The position numbers were made by a program, and so were the translations under genes. The notes beneath the pieces are model-generated. The model was not told the origin of the DNA, ran no database searches, and saw only the letters and a list, made by a program, of their open reading frames with translations. This document shows positions 29,404 through 40,782 of a DNA stretch of 64,000 bases, in pieces. Where the stretch lies: assembly GCA_963981505.1 (NCBI GenBank), contig CAXCEI010000003.1, positions 8,373-72,372 on the forward strand, given 5' to 3'. Every line of letters begins with the position of its first letter. The first letter of the stretch is position 1. The DNA comes from an uncultured Methylococcales bacterium. GTDB lineage: Bacteria; Pseudomonadota; Gammaproteobacteria; Methylococcales; Methylomonadaceae.

Positions 29404-30294
29404 ATGAATGAACCCACGATTGAAGCTTTTGTTGGTAATACACCGTTAGTCAAGTTGCAGCGATTACCCGGTGCTTCAAGTAACACCTATTGGGTGAAAT
29501 TAGAAGGGAATAACCCCGCCGGTTCGGTTAAAGATCGTCCTGCTTTAAGTATGATTCAACATGCTGAGCGTCGCGGTGAGATTAAGCCCGGTGACCGCCT
29601 TATTGAGGCGACGAGTGGGAATACCGGTATCGCATTAGCCATGGCAGCAGCGATTAAAGGGTATCGAATGACGCTCATCATGCCTGACAATATGAGTGCA
29701 GAGCGGCGATCGTCGATGGCCGCTTACGGTGCTGAACTGATTCTTACGCCGGCCGAAAAAAGTATGGAAGGGGCGATTGATTTAGCTCGAAAAATGGAAG
29801 CAGCCGGACAGGGGCGTATTTTAGATCAATTTTCGAACCCAGATAATCCGAGAGCACATTACGAGGGGACAGGCCCTGAAATTTGGCGTGATACCGGTGG
29901 TCAAGTGACGCATTTTGTTAGTTCGATGGGGACAACGGGAACAATTATGGGAACCTCGCGTTTTTTGAAAGAACAGAACAGTGCGATTGAGGTGGTGGGT
30001 GTTCAACCTAAAGATAATGCTAAAATACCCGGTATTCGTCGGTGGCCAGAAGAATATTTACCTAAGATCTATAACCCTTCTCAAGTCGATTACATTCTAG
30101 ATGTAGATCAACAGCAAGCTGAAGAAACGACCCGTGCCTTGGCTGCTCAAGAGGGTATTTTTGCTGGAATTTCGTCAGGGGGTGCGGTTGCTGCAGCGTT
30201 GCAATTAGGCGAGCAATTAGAAAACAAAGTTATTGTGACTATTATTTGTGATCGGGGCGATCGTTACTTATCTACCGGTGTATTTTCAGTATAA
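29404..30294 (+). CDS. cysM: cysteine synthase B
   Basis: 296 aa. GNTPLVKLQRL...KLEGNNPAGSVKDRPALSMI and GEIKPGD closely match E. coli CysM. Confidence 0.85.
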   Translation: MNEPTIEAFVGNTPLVKLQRLPGASSNTYWVKLEGNNPAGSVKDRPALSMIQHAERRGEIKPGDRLIEATSGNTGIALAMAAAIKGYRMTLIMPDNMSAERRSSMAAYGAELILTPAEKSMEGAIDLARKMEAAGQGRILDQFSNPDNPRAHYEGTGPEIWRDTGGQVTHFVSSMGTTGTIMGTSRFLKEQNSAIEVVGVQPKDNAKIPGIRRWPEEYLPKIYNPSQVDYILDVDQQQAEETTRALAAQEGIFAGISSGGAVAAALQLGEQLENKVIVTIICDRGDRYLSTGVFSV

Positions 30295-30347
30295 AAGCAG
30301 ATTGTTTCGGGTCGATACACTGTTTATAAGAGGCAAAAAGAACATTC

Positions 30348-31682
30348 ATGGCAAGACGACGTTTTAAGAAAAAGAAATTACCAGAGGCGCCGGTGAGCGC
30401 AACAATAGAGTCTTTTGCACATGACGGGCGAGGGTTAACCCATATTGATGGCAAGGTGGTTTTTGTTGATGAAGCCTTGCCGGGTGAGGTGGTTGAATTT
30501 GTTTACACCGATAGTCGCCGCGATTATGCTGAAGGCAAGGTGGTTAAATTAGTGACACCGGCAGCTGAACGGGGAGAACCCGGATGTCCTCATTATGGTA
30601 TATGTGGGGGCTGTAGTTTTCAGCATGTTAAAGAGCCGTTGCAAATAGAAATAAAGCAGTCGATATTGGAAGAACAGTTTAAACGAATTGGAAAACTTGA
30701 TATCCCGCTTATTTGGAAGCCTTTGACGGGGCCTTTTTGGGGTTATCGGCAAAAGGCGCGAATGGGCGTTAAATATGTCGCTAAGAAAGGGCGTGTTTTG
30801 GTTGGCTTCAGAGAGCGTCGGCAACCTTTTTTAGCGGATATTGAATCGTGTCGTGTTATGCATCCGGCCGTGGGTGAGCGATTGATGGCACTTTCAGCGA
30901 TGATAGGCCAACTTACGATTAAGGACAAAATACCTCAAATTGAAGTTGCTATCGGAGACAGTGATGTGGTGTTGGCCATTCGGGTGTTGGAACCACCCAC
31001 GGACGATGATTGTGCGGTGATTCGTGATTTTGCCAAGGTAAATAATTTGGTTATTTATTTACAACCCAAAGGTCCTGATTCAATTATGCCGTTGTGGCCA
31101 GAGGCCGGATTGATGCCCAGTTATGCTTTGCCTGATCATCAGGTGAACTTTAATTTCAAACCCACGATGTTTACCCAAGTCAACACGGCCATTAATCGGC
31201 AAATGATTAATCGCGTTATTGATGTTTTAGCGTTAACGAAGGAAGACCGCGTGTTAGATTTGTTTTGCGGGCTGGGAAATTTCACCTTGCCGTTGGCTCG
31301 GTATTCAGGTCATGTGGTCGGGATTGAAGGCGATTTGCCCTTGGTTAATCATGCCCAAGAAAATGCGCGATTAAATAATATAAGTAATGTTGATTTTTAT
31401 AAGGCAGATTTGTTCGGTGATTTATCTGCAGAGTCGTGGGTCAAACAAACGTTTACCAAGGTATTGCTTGATCCTTCTCGAGCCGGTGCTGCTGAAGTTT
31501 TAGCATGGATGCCGAAGTGGAAACCTGAATGTATTGTTTATGTTTCTTGTAATCCCGCAACACTGGCCCGAGATGCGGGTATTTTAGTTAATGATTTAGG
31601 GTATCGTTTAGAGAAGGCGGGCGTTATGGATATGTTTCCGCAAACGGCGCATGTTGAATCTATTGCGGTTTTTCGTCGCTAG
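30348..31682 (+). CDS. rlmD: 23S rRNA (uracil1939-C5)-methyltransferase RlmD/RumA
   Basis: 444 aa. It has a TRAM domain, the Fe-S Cys cluster (CPHYGICGGCSFQH), a SAM-binding motif (DLFCGLGNF) and the catalytic Cys context (VYVSCNPATLARD). Confidence 0.85.
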   Translation: MARRRFKKKKLPEAPVSATIESFAHDGRGLTHIDGKVVFVDEALPGEVVEFVYTDSRRDYAEGKVVKLVTPAAERGEPGCPHYGICGGCSFQHVKEPLQIEIKQSILEEQFKRIGKLDIPLIWKPLTGPFWGYRQKARMGVKYVAKKGRVLVGFRERRQPFLADIESCRVMHPAVGERLMALSAMIGQLTIKDKIPQIEVAIGDSDVVLAIRVLEPPTDDDCAVIRDFAKVNNLVIYLQPKGPDSIMPLWPEAGLMPSYALPDHQVNFNFKPTMFTQVNTAINRQMINRVIDVLALTKEDRVLDLFCGLGNFTLPLARYSGHVVGIEGDLPLVNHAQENARLNNISNVDFYKADLFGDLSAESWVKQTFTKVLLDPSRAGAAEVLAWMPKWKPECIVYVSCNPATLARDAGILVNDLGYRLEKAGVMDMFPQTAHVESIAVFRR

Positions 31683-31720
31683 AGTGAGCTGTTAATAGGT
31701 GTTTTTTTAATCTGATATTT

Positions 31721-32209
31721 ATGAGTGTTGCTGATTATTTGGATATTGATTTGAATGCGCAGAACCTGTCGGTGATTCGTAACGGTGAAGTGTGTCGGCG
31801 TTTTGTGGTATCGACGGCAAAAAATGGTCCAGGTGAGCAAGTGGGCAGTGAGTGTACACCGCGGGGTTGGCATAAAATTAAGGCTAAAATTGGTGTGAGG
31901 GCCCCTCAGTATACGGTTTTTTCAGGGCGCAGGCCCACCGGTGAAATCTATTGTGCTAGTCTGGCTAAGGCATTTCCGGAGCGGGACTGGATTTTGACAC
32001 GCATCCTCTGGTTAGTGGGGCTTGAGCCGGGCCGAAACCGGTATGGATCAGTTGATTCGGGTTGGCGATATATTTATATTCACGGCAGTCCAGACGATCT
32101 GGTGACGGAGACACCGCAATCCCATGGCTGTGTGCGAATGAAAAATCACGATGTTATAGAATTATTTGATCTTGCTTTGACCGGTGAGCGGGTTCTAATT
32201 CATGAATAA
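31721..32209 (+). CDS. YkuD (L,D-transpeptidase catalytic) domain protein without recognisable signal peptide
   Basis: 162 aa with the catalytic motif IHGSPDDLVTETPQSHGCVRM. The N-terminus MSVADYLDIDLNAQ is not hydrophobic. Confidence 0.75.
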   Translation: MSVADYLDIDLNAQNLSVIRNGEVCRRFVVSTAKNGPGEQVGSECTPRGWHKIKAKIGVRAPQYTVFSGRRPTGEIYCASLAKAFPERDWILTRILWLVGLEPGRNRYGSVDSGWRYIYIHGSPDDLVTETPQSHGCVRMKNHDVIELFDLALTGERVLIHE

Positions 32210-32243
32210 ACGGTCCTGTTAATGAGCTGTTTTGACTGAAGCG

Positions 32244-33047
32244 ATGAATCGATTGGTGATGGGCGTAGAGTATAACGGTAGCCAGTTTTCGGGCTGGCAG
32301 TGGCAGCGGGGGCTTCGGACCGTGCAGTCAGTGCTTGAAACGGCTTTAGCAACAGTTGCCAATGAGCCGGTTACCGTAGTGTGTGCAGGGCGCACCGATA
32401 GCGGGGTGCATGCATTAGAGCAAGTGGTTCATATGGATACTACTGTGGTTCGGTCACACCGGTCATGGCTAATGGGTGCTAATACTTATTTGCCTGATGA
32501 TGTTCGAGTGCTTTGGGTTCAAGATGCCCAAGCGGGGTTTCATGCCCGTTACAGTGCTATTGCCCGTTTTTACCGGTACGTCATTTTGAATCGCCCGATA
32601 CAGTCAGCCCTGCGTTACCGTCAAGTGACGTGGTGTTACCCGGTGCTTGATGTTGAAAGGATGCATGTGGCGGCTCAATGTTTGGTTGGCGATCATGATT
32701 TTACGTCTTTTAGAGCGCAAGGTTGTCAATCTAAAAGCCCGCGTCGATTCATGCACTTTATTAAGGTTTATCAAGAGGGTGATTTAATAACCATTGATTT
32801 ATGTGCCAATGCCTTTGTGCATCATATGGTAAGAAATATTGCCGGAACTTTAATGGAAATTGGTCAAGGTAAACACGCTGCCGCGTGGTGTGAGCAATTG
32901 TTGGATAAAAAAGACCGGCGTTTGGCCGCTGCAACGGCAGCACCGCATGGACTCTACTTGGGCGGTGTTTTTTATCCGCCTGAATACGGAGTGGATAACC
33001 ACCCGGTATTTGCAGTATTACCTACGAATGCCGCGCGATTTGATTGA
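32244..33047 (+). CDS. truA: tRNA pseudouridine(38-40) synthase
   Basis: The motifs are GVEYNGSQFSGWQWQ and the catalytic Asp in GRTDSGVHA. I prefer the ATG at 32244 over the tracked TTG at 32232. Confidence 0.9.
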   Translation: MNRLVMGVEYNGSQFSGWQWQRGLRTVQSVLETALATVANEPVTVVCAGRTDSGVHALEQVVHMDTTVVRSHRSWLMGANTYLPDDVRVLWVQDAQAGFHARYSAIARFYRYVILNRPIQSALRYRQVTWCYPVLDVERMHVAAQCLVGDHDFTSFRAQGCQSKSPRRFMHFIKVYQEGDLITIDLCANAFVHHMVRNIAGTLMEIGQGKHAAAWCEQLLDKKDRRLAAATAAPHGLYLGGVFYPPEYGVDNHPVFAVLPTNAARFD

Positions 33048-33150
33048 ATTTACTTTATAACGGCTTTCAAAGTGTTATCAGTGGGTTACGCATAGCGGAA
33101 AGTTACAAACTCTATGGTATACTTAGCCGCTTTGAAGAGCGTTGAGGATC

Positions 33151-33780
33151 ATGCGGACTCGAATCAAAGTCTGTGGGTTTACTGACCCTGAGAATGCAGC
33201 GGCGGCAGCTTACCACGGTGTTGATGCTATTGGTTTGGTGTTTTATTCGCCCAGTCCACGCAATATTACTGTGGAACAAGGTCAAAAAGTCATTGCAGCA
33301 TTGCCTGCATTTGTGACCACCGTAGGATTGTTTGTTGATGAGTCTTACGCGGTTATTGAACGTGTTTTGTCGCAGGTGCCGATTGACTTGCTACAGTTTC
33401 ATGGTGATGAGTCGCCCGCTTTTTGTCGGTTAGCGGGGCGTCCTTATATTAAGGCGGTTCGAATGCGCCCGGAAACTGATTTAATGCAATTAGCAGATGA
33501 TTTTTTTGATGCCTCCGCGTTATTGGTGGATGCGTATCACCCGGATCTTAAAGGGGGGACGGGGCATCATTTTGATTGGAATTTAATCCCTGATAATTAT
33601 CCGTTACCCATTATTTTGGCGGGAGGCATTGGTGTTGAAAATGCCCAACAGGCTATTAAACAGGCGCGGCCTTATGCGCTCGATGTCAGCAGTGGGGTCG
33701 AGCGACAGAAAGGCATGAAGGATATTCATAAAATAGTAGAATTGATTACAGAGGTAGAGTTAGGTGACAGAAGAAAATAG
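33151..33780 (+). CDS. trpF: phosphoribosylanthranilate isomerase
   Basis: It reads [11 protein letters not shown]... and is TrpF-like throughout (LQFHGDE, ILAGGI). I prefer the ATG at 33151 over the tracked 33142. Confidence 0.9.
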   Translation: MRTRIKVCGFTDPENAAAAAYHGVDAIGLVFYSPSPRNITVEQGQKVIAALPAFVTTVGLFVDESYAVIERVLSQVPIDLLQFHGDESPAFCRLAGRPYIKAVRMRPETDLMQLADDFFDASALLVDAYHPDLKGGTGHHFDWNLIPDNYPLPIILAGGIGVENAQQAIKQARPYALDVSSGVERQKGMKDIHKIVELITEVELGDRRK

Positions 33781-34978
33781 TTTGAAATATGATATGCCTG
33801 ATGAAGCAGGGCATTTTGGGCCTTATGGTGGGAAATTTGTCGCAGAAACACTCATGCTGCCAATCAAACAGTTAGATGAGGCTTATCAAGAGTATTCGAA
33901 AGATCCAGAGTTCTTAGCGGAGTTGGATAAGGATTTACACCATTATGTGGGCAGACCGTCGCCGATTTACCATGCCGAACGTTGGAGTCGTGAGCTGGGA
34001 GGGGCGCAAATCTATTTAAAGCGTGAAGATTTGAACCATACCGGCGCGCATAAAATTAATAATGCAATTGGACAAGCCTTATTAGCTAAGCGAATGGGTA
34101 AAACCCGGATTATTGCTGAAACGGGAGCCGGTCAACACGGTGTTGCAACGGCCACGGTAGCGGCTAGATTAGGTCTGGAATGTGTTGTTTATATGGGCTC
34201 TGTTGATATTGCCCGACAAGTTCAAAATGTTTATCGTATGCGTCTGTTAGGTGCGAAAGTAGTTTCGGTTGATTCCGGTTCTAAAACATTGAAAGATGCT
34301 CTCAATGAAGCCATGCGGGATTGGGTAACCAATGTCGACGATACCTTTTACATTATTGGTACGGTGGCAGGTCCACACCCTTATCCTGCACTGGTTCGAG
34401 ATTTTCAGACTATTATTGGCCGTGAGTCGAAAGCGCAGTTGCAAACTATGATTGGACGGTTACCGGATGCGTTGGTTGCCTGTGTGGGAGGGGGATCTAA
34501 TGCTATCGGTTTATTTCATCCGTTTATTGATGATGCTTCCGTTAAAATATATGGCGTTGAAGCGGCCGGGGATGGCATTGAAACTGGGCGTCATTCTGTG
34601 ACATTGGGCGCCGGGCGACCTGGCGTATTACACGGAAACAGGACCTATCTTGTTGCCGATGATCACGGTGAGATTTTAGAAACACATTCTATTTCTGCAG
34701 GCTTAGATTATCCGGGTGTCGGGCCCGAGCATGCGTGGTTGAAAGACTCCGGTCGTGCAGAGTATGTCAATATAACCGATGATGAGGCCGTTGAAGCCTT
34801 TTACGCACTAACCCGTATGGAAGGTATTATTCCGGCATTAGAATCCAGTCACGCATTGGCCTATGCGATGAAGTTGGCGCCGACTATGGCGAAGGATGAA
34901 GTTATTTTAGTTAACTTGTCGGGGCGCGGGGATAAAGATATGCATACTGTAGCTGAACGAGAAGGGGTTGAATTATGA
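33764..34978 (+). CDS. trpB: tryptophan synthase beta chain
   Basis: 404 aa with [22 protein letters not shown] (PLP Lys) and GGGSNAIG. The start is uncertain: a GTG at 33764 overlapping trpF, or an ATG at 33794. Confidence 0.95.
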   Translation: MTEENSLKYDMPDEAGHFGPYGGKFVAETLMLPIKQLDEAYQEYSKDPEFLAELDKDLHHYVGRPSPIYHAERWSRELGGAQIYLKREDLNHTGAHKINNAIGQALLAKRMGKTRIIAETGAGQHGVATATVAARLGLECVVYMGSVDIARQVQNVYRMRLLGAKVVSVDSGSKTLKDALNEAMRDWVTNVDDTFYIIGTVAGPHPYPALVRDFQTIIGRESKAQLQTMIGRLPDALVACVGGGSNAIGLFHPFIDDASVKIYGVEAAGDGIETGRHSVTLGAGRPGVLHGNRTYLVADDHGEILETHSISAGLDYPGVGPEHAWLKDSGRAEYVNITDDEAVEAFYALTRMEGIIPALESSHALAYAMKLAPTMAKDEVILVNLSGRGDKDMHTVAEREGVEL

Positions 34979-35787
34979 GTCGTCTAGCTAAAACCTTTCA
35001 GAGTCTCTCGCTATCCGGACGAAAAGCCTTAATTCCTTTTGTCACGGCGGGTGATCCAGTACCTGATTTTACTGTTCCATTGTTACATGCGATGGTTGCG
35101 GCGGGTGTGGATGTTATTGAATTAGGCGTTCCTTTTTCAGATCCGATGGCCGATGGCCCTGTGATACAAAAAGCCAGTGAGCGTGCTCTGGAACAGGGCA
35201 TGAATTTAACACGGGTTTTATCCATGGTAGCAGAATTTCGAAAAACCGACGATACAACGCCGATTGTGCTCATGGGTTACCTTAATCCTATTGAATTTAT
35301 GGGGTATGCGGATTTTGCACAAGCAGCGGCCCGTGTCGGCGTTGATGGTGTCTTAACGGTTGATATGCCGCCAGAAGAGGCAGAGGAATATGCGCCGTTA
35401 TTGAAAGCAGTGAACATTGACCCTATTTTCTTATTGGCACCTAACAGCACAGAGGAACGTATTAAAAAAATGGCTGCAAAAGGCAGTGGTTATATCTATT
35501 ATGTTTCTTTAAAAGGGGTTACGGGCGCAGGGCATCTGGACGTTGACGATGTAAAGAAAAAAATGGCTCAGATTCAACAACTTACTGATTTACCTATTGG
35601 TGTTGGTTTTGGTGTAAAAAATGCTGAGACGGCAAAAGCGGTCGCGAGTGTAGCTGATGGCGTTGTTGTGGGCAGTGCTATTATTAATAAGATACAAGCA
35701 AATCTTGATAATCTTGGTTTAGCGCAGCAAGAGGTTGTTACGCTTTTAAGTTCTATGCGTCAGGCGATGGATAATGAAGTTAATTAA
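34975..35787 (+). CDS. trpA: tryptophan synthase alpha chain
   Basis: 270 aa with [18 protein letters not shown] and GFGV motifs. It overlaps trpB by 4 nt. Confidence 0.95.
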   Translation: MSRLAKTFQSLSLSGRKALIPFVTAGDPVPDFTVPLLHAMVAAGVDVIELGVPFSDPMADGPVIQKASERALEQGMNLTRVLSMVAEFRKTDDTTPIVLMGYLNPIEFMGYADFAQAAARVGVDGVLTVDMPPEEAEEYAPLLKAVNIDPIFLLAPNSTEERIKKMAAKGSGYIYYVSLKGVTGAGHLDVDDVKKKMAQIQQLTDLPIGVGFGVKNAETAKAVASVADGVVVGSAIINKIQANLDNLGLAQQEVVTLLSSMRQAMDNEVN

Positions 35788-35799
35788 CGGGAGTACGCT

Positions 35800-36759
35800 A
35801 TGAGTTGGTTTGAGAATCTAGTTCCTTCAATCAGAACGGCAGCATCAACGAAGGGTGCTGTACCGGAAGGGCTTTGGAATAAATGTACATCGTGTAATGC
35901 TATTTTATACAACTCTGAACTGGAAAAGAATTTTAATGTTTGTCCGAAATGCGATCATCATATGCGTATTGGGGGCAGGACTCGATTAGATATTTTCTTA
36001 GATCCAGAGGGACGTATAGAGATTGCTGAACATTTAATGCCAACCGATCCGCTACGCTTTAAAGACAGTAAAAAGTATAAGGATCGCTTGGTTCAGGCAC
36101 AAAAGAAAACCGAAGAGAATGATGCCTTAGTTGTTATGTCAGGCCAGTTAAAGGGGGCTGGAATTGTTGCCGCCGCATTTGATTTTGGCTTTATGGGTGG
36201 CTCAATGGGTTCTGTTGTCGGTGAGAAGTTTGTGCGCGGCGTTAATACCAGTATTGAATTAGGGGTGCCTTTTATTGTTTTTACCGCCAGCGGTGGGGCG
36301 CGGATGCAGGAGTCATTGTTTTCATTGTTTCAAATGGCAAAGACCAGTGCGGCCTTAACACGTTTGTCCGAGGCTGGATTGCCCTTTATTTCATTTTTAA
36401 CGGATCCTACGATGGGTGGGGTTTCTGCGAGTCTTGCCATGCTCGGCGATCTTAATCTGGCTGAACCTAAAGCCTTGATTGGTTTTGCAGGGCCACGTGT
36501 CATTGAGCAAACCGTGCGGGAGAAGTTGCCGGAGGGTTTTCAACGCAGTGAGTTTCTTGTCGAACACGGTGCTGTTGATTTGATTGTTAACCGTCGGGAA
36601 ATGCGTGATCAAGTGGCTACTATTTTGGCCATGTTGATGGAGAATAGACCTTTAACTAATGCATCTGAGTCGTTGGTGCCCGAAATTACGGTAACGGAGA
36701 TGAGTGGTTTTAATTCCAGTGTCAGCGATGATGAACAAGCGGATAAAGACTTAGAGTAA
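35800..36759 (+). CDS. accD: acetyl-CoA carboxylase carboxyltransferase beta subunit
   Basis: 319 aa. It has the N-terminal zinc ribbon CTSCNAILY...CPKCDHH and the carboxyltransferase domain [11 protein letters not shown]. Confidence 0.95.
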   Translation: MSWFENLVPSIRTAASTKGAVPEGLWNKCTSCNAILYNSELEKNFNVCPKCDHHMRIGGRTRLDIFLDPEGRIEIAEHLMPTDPLRFKDSKKYKDRLVQAQKKTEENDALVVMSGQLKGAGIVAAAFDFGFMGGSMGSVVGEKFVRGVNTSIELGVPFIVFTASGGARMQESLFSLFQMAKTSAALTRLSEAGLPFISFLTDPTMGGVSASLAMLGDLNLAEPKALIGFAGPRVIEQTVREKLPEGFQRSEFLVEHGAVDLIVNRREMRDQVATILAMLMENRPLTNASESLVPEITVTEMSGFNSSVSDDEQADKDLE

Positions 36760-36808
36760 GTTTTTTAGCGCTTAGTGTTTTATTTGATAATTTTGTTATT
36801 TGGGACTG

Positions 36809-38083
36809 ATGCATTTTGAGTCATTACAAGGATGGTTGCAGTGGCAGGAAACGCTGCACAGTAAGCAGATTGACTTAGGCTTAGAGCGTGTTTCCAGGGT
36901 TTACCAGTTACTGGAAAAGCCGGCTAAAAAACCACTCACCATTACGGTCGGAGGAACTAACGGTAAAGGTTCATGTGTAGCCTTTTTGGATGCTATTTTA
37001 AGGCAAAGTGGTTACCGTGTGGGAACTTATACCTCGCCGCACTTACAGTTTTATAATGAACGGATAAGAATTAATGGTACGGTTGTTCCGGATCGCTTGA
37101 TTTGTCAGGCATTTGAACGCATAGAGGCGGTGCGGGGTTCAACGTCATTAAGTTATTTTGAATTTTGCACCTTGGCTGCGCTGGACATTTTTTCTAGAAC
37201 TGAGTTAGATGTTCAGTTATTGGAAGTCGGGCTTGGCGGGCGACTTGATGCGGTCAATGTTATTGATACGGATATTGCTTTAATACCCAGTATTGGTATT
37301 GATCACAGTGATTGGTTGGGCGATACCCGTGAATTAATTGCGCAGGAAAAAATAGGGATTTTTAGAGCGGGCCGGCCTGCAGTGGTTGGCGATGTGGACC
37401 CCCCGGCTGTTATTGAAGCGTATGCGAATGAATTAAGTGCGCCACTTTATTTGGTCGGTAAGGATTTTTCTTTTGAAAAACATAACGACAGTTGGACCTG
37501 GTCAAGCGCTTCTGACACAGTAATGCATTTACCTTATCCAAATTTACTGGGTGAGCATCAATTGGTTAATGCAGCCGCAGTTATTCAGGTTCTCAAGGTA
37601 TTAGCCCCGCGTTTGCCGTTAACCAAAAATGCTGTTGCGGATGGCTTACGGCAGGTACAGTTGTCGGGACGTTTTCAACTTATTCACGGTACGCCACTTA
37701 TTTTATTAGATGTTGGGCATAACCCGTTATCCGCGGGTATATTGAGAGACTATCTTGCGTCTTCTTTTCCAGATAAGAAAATACATCTTATTTTTAATAT
37801 GATGAAAGATAAAGATTTTGTCGGTGTGGGACAGCGATTGAAGTCGATTGTCAGTAATTGGTACATAGCGCCGTTAGCAAGCAGTCGTTGTGCCGATGTT
37901 GAGCAAGTTATCGCAGGGCTAAGCAGTTGTTCAATTGAAAATATTTTCTCAGGGTTTAGAAACTTTGATGAAACCTTAGTTGCTGCACAAGATAATTCCC
38001 AAAGTCAGGATTTAATTGTTATATTTGGTTCTTTCTTTTTAGTGTCGGAGTTTTTGTCTAAGCGTTCAGCTGACGAGGTATAA
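36809..38083 (+). CDS. folC: bifunctional folylpolyglutamate synthase/dihydrofolate synthase
   Basis: It has the P-loop GTNGKGS and is Mur-ligase-like throughout. I prefer the ATG at 36809 over the tracked TTG at 36800. Confidence 0.9.
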   Translation: MHFESLQGWLQWQETLHSKQIDLGLERVSRVYQLLEKPAKKPLTITVGGTNGKGSCVAFLDAILRQSGYRVGTYTSPHLQFYNERIRINGTVVPDRLICQAFERIEAVRGSTSLSYFEFCTLAALDIFSRTELDVQLLEVGLGGRLDAVNVIDTDIALIPSIGIDHSDWLGDTRELIAQEKIGIFRAGRPAVVGDVDPPAVIEAYANELSAPLYLVGKDFSFEKHNDSWTWSSASDTVMHLPYPNLLGEHQLVNAAAVIQVLKVLAPRLPLTKNAVADGLRQVQLSGRFQLIHGTPLILLDVGHNPLSAGILRDYLASSFPDKKIHLIFNMMKDKDFVGVGQRLKSIVSNWYIAPLASSRCADVEQVIAGLSSCSIENIFSGFRNFDETLVAAQDNSQSQDLIVIFGSFFLVSEFLSKRSADEV

Positions 38084-38085
38084 TA

Positions 38086-38604
38086 ATGGATGAGAAATTA
38101 AAACAACGGTTGACCGGGACCGTTGTAATTACGTTACTATTGGCTTTCTTTCTGCCCATGTTAATTGATGACACCACGGAGCAACAAAGACGCTCTCTCA
38201 GTGAAATGAAGATTCCTCAGTTACCCGAGGAAATTTTTGTTGAAGAGTTGAAGCCCGTGCCTTTTAATTCACCCAAGGTGGTTGAGCTGTCAACAAATCG
38301 TCGGCTATCAGAACATTCAGTTTCGAGTAATAACAACAGGCCACACGCTAACCCAAAGAAATCGGTAACCCCTCAGGCGGTGTTGGTTCGGTGGGTTATC
38401 CAGGTTGGAAGTTTTGGACGCAAGGAGCATGCAATCAAACTAAGAGATGATCTGCGCGCGAAAAAGTTTACCGTTTATACAGAGTATTTTAAGGGGATGC
38501 ATCGGGTTCGTATAGGACCAGAATTAGACAAAAGTCGTGCTGAAAAAACGCTACAGACATTAGCCGAGAAGACCCAGATAAAAGGGCTTTTAATGCCGGA
38601 GTAA
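38086..38604 (+). CDS. dedD: SPOR-domain cell-division protein (DedD-like)
   Basis: 172 aa. It has an N-terminal TM helix and a C-terminal SPOR domain (WVIQVGSFGRKEHAIKLRDDL...HRVRIGP). Its position in the folC-dedD-cvpA-purF block is conserved. Confidence 0.7.
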   Translation: MDEKLKQRLTGTVVITLLLAFFLPMLIDDTTEQQRRSLSEMKIPQLPEEIFVEELKPVPFNSPKVVELSTNRRLSEHSVSSNNNRPHANPKKSVTPQAVLVRWVIQVGSFGRKEHAIKLRDDLRAKKFTVYTEYFKGMHRVRIGPELDKSRAEKTLQTLAEKTQIKGLLMPE

Positions 38605-38677
38605 TCGGCGTTGGAAACTAGCAAGTAATACGCACCAGTCTGGTTGGTTTAAGGGAGTTATTTACAGTGAGTATACA

Positions 38678-39169
38678 ATGGTTTGGGTAGATTATGCACT
38701 GCTTGGGTTGGTCGCTATTTCTTCAGTTATTGGCTTATTTAGAGGACTGACCCGGGAAGCATTATCATTGCTTAGTTGGGCTAGCGGTATTTGGATTGGT
38801 TTGAATTACAGTCGAGACTTTACCGTATTATTAACCCAATGGATTGAATACCCTTCTCTTCGAATGGCCGTGGCTTTTGTCGCTTTGCTTTTGCTGACCT
38901 TATTGGTGGGGGGGATTGTCGGTTATTTGTTAGGTGTTTTAGTTAAAAAAACAGGGCTGACCGGAACCGATCGTTTTTTAGGCATGGTTTTTGGTATTGC
39001 GCGTGGCATTTTAGTGGTGACGATAGTGATTGTTTTGGCTGGGTTGACGCCGCTACCACAAGATTCTTGGTGGCGAGAATCGCAGTTAATACCGCCGTTT
39101 CAGTCAGTCGCGGAGTGGTTGCGTGGTTATTTGCCTCAAGGTCTTGCGGGTTATCTGGATTATGGCTAG
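38678..39169 (+). CDS. cvpA: colicin V production protein CvpA (membrane protein)
   Basis: 163 aa with four hydrophobic helices. It sits in the conserved position upstream of purF. Confidence 0.85.
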   Translation: MVWVDYALLGLVAISSVIGLFRGLTREALSLLSWASGIWIGLNYSRDFTVLLTQWIEYPSLRMAVAFVALLLLTLLVGGIVGYLLGVLVKKTGLTGTDRFLGMVFGIARGILVVTIVIVLAGLTPLPQDSWWRESQLIPPFQSVAEWLRGYLPQGLAGYLDYG

Positions 39170-39224
39170 CCTGTTCACGAAAGACGACTTAAATTTAATT
39201 TTTACAAAGCAAGGTTGATGAATT

Positions 39225-40727
39225 ATGTGTGGTATTGCTGCAATTGTTTCCCACAAAAATGTAAATCAGGAATTATATGATGCGCTTACTGTACTCCAAC
39301 ACCGAGGACAGGATGCCGCGGGTATAGCGACCTATGAGAGTGGTCGGCTGTTTCTACGTAAAGAGAATGGCTTAGTGCGTGATGTTTTTAAAACGCAACA
39401 TATGTTGAAGTTACCCGGTTCGATGGGGATCGCTCACGTGCGCTATCCGACGGCAGGCTGTTCCAGCTCTGCTGAATCACAACCGTTTTATGTTAACTCT
39501 CCCTTTGGTATTACCTTAGCTCACAACGGGAATTTGACCAATGCACGGGCATTGAAAAAAGACTTGTTTGCTGAAGATCAACGTCATATTAATACCGAAT
39601 CAGATTCGGAAGTCATTCTTAATGTTTTGGCCAATGCTCTACAGTCACAAGGAAAAACACGGTTAACGGTTGAGGATGTTTTTGATGCCGTCTCAGAAGT
39701 ACATCAACGTTGCCGGGGTGCTTACGCTGTCGTTGCAATGATTACCGGTTTTGGTATTGTGGGTTTTAGAGACCCGAACGGTATTCGTCCGATAGTTTTT
39801 GGTGAGCGAGAAAGTGAAGAGGGGGTAGAGTATATGATTGCTTCTGAAAATGTAGCGTTAGATGCCTTGGGTTTTAAACTCACTCGCGATATTAAGCCCG
39901 GTGAGGCTGTGTTTATTGAACGTTCTGGGGTGTTGCATACGGTGCAATGCGCTGATCCGAAAATGATAGACCATGCGCCTTGTATCTTTGAATTTGTTTA
40001 TTTTGCGCGTCCTGATTCTATGATTGATAATATTTCTGTGTATAAAGCACGGTTACGGATGGGTGAGAAATTAGCAGCAAAAATACAACGAGAATGGGCT
40101 GGTCATGATATTGATGTGGTCATGCCTATACCTGATACCAGTCGGACAGCTGCAATTATGTTGGCATCAAAGTTAAAGGTAAAGTTTCGTGAAGGCTTTA
40201 TCAAAAATCGCTATATCGGGCGGACTTTTATTATGCCGGGTCAAAAAATGCGTGAGAAATCAGTACGCCAAAAGTTAAATGCCATTAAATTAGAGTTTGA
40301 GGGAAAAAATGTCCTTTTAGTGGATGATTCAATTGTCCGAGGGACAACATCAGCTCAGATTATTGAAATGGCACGGGATGCCGGTGCAAAGAATGTTTAT
40401 TTTTCATCGGCAGCGCCACCGGTTCGTTACCCGAATGTTTATGGCATAGATATGCCTTCAGCTTCTGAGCTGATCGCTCATGGGCGTACTGAAGCAGAAA
40501 TCCAGGAAGCCATCGGCGCAGATAGATTGTTTTATCAAGACCATGAAGATTTAATTGCAGCCGTGGGCCAAGGTAATAAAGACATTAAGCATTTTGATAC
40601 TTCTTGTTTTAGTAATAGTTATGTGACCGGTGATATCAATGCTGAGTACTTGGCAAGTTTGGAAGCTTTGCGAAATGATGATGCGCAAATGAAACAAAAT
40701 AAAGAAAGTTTCGTTATTGAAATCTAA
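39225..40727 (+). CDS. purF: amidophosphoribosyltransferase
   Basis: 500 aa with the N-terminal nucleophile MCGI and the PRPP-binding motif [13 protein letters not shown]. Confidence 0.95.
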   Translation: MCGIAAIVSHKNVNQELYDALTVLQHRGQDAAGIATYESGRLFLRKENGLVRDVFKTQHMLKLPGSMGIAHVRYPTAGCSSSAESQPFYVNSPFGITLAHNGNLTNARALKKDLFAEDQRHINTESDSEVILNVLANALQSQGKTRLTVEDVFDAVSEVHQRCRGAYAVVAMITGFGIVGFRDPNGIRPIVFGERESEEGVEYMIASENVALDALGFKLTRDIKPGEAVFIERSGVLHTVQCADPKMIDHAPCIFEFVYFARPDSMIDNISVYKARLRMGEKLAAKIQREWAGHDIDVVMPIPDTSRTAAIMLASKLKVKFREGFIKNRYIGRTFIMPGQKMREKSVRQKLNAIKLEFEGKNVLLVDDSIVRGTTSAQIIEMARDAGAKNVYFSSAAPPVRYPNVYGIDMPSASELIAHGRTEAEIQEAIGADRLFYQDHEDLIAAVGQGNKDIKHFDTSCFSNSYVTGDINAEYLASLEALRNDDAQMKQNKESFVIEI

Positions 40728-40782
40728 GTGTTGATTTTTTTAATGAATAATATGAATGAATTAGAGTGAAATCTTGAGGCCA

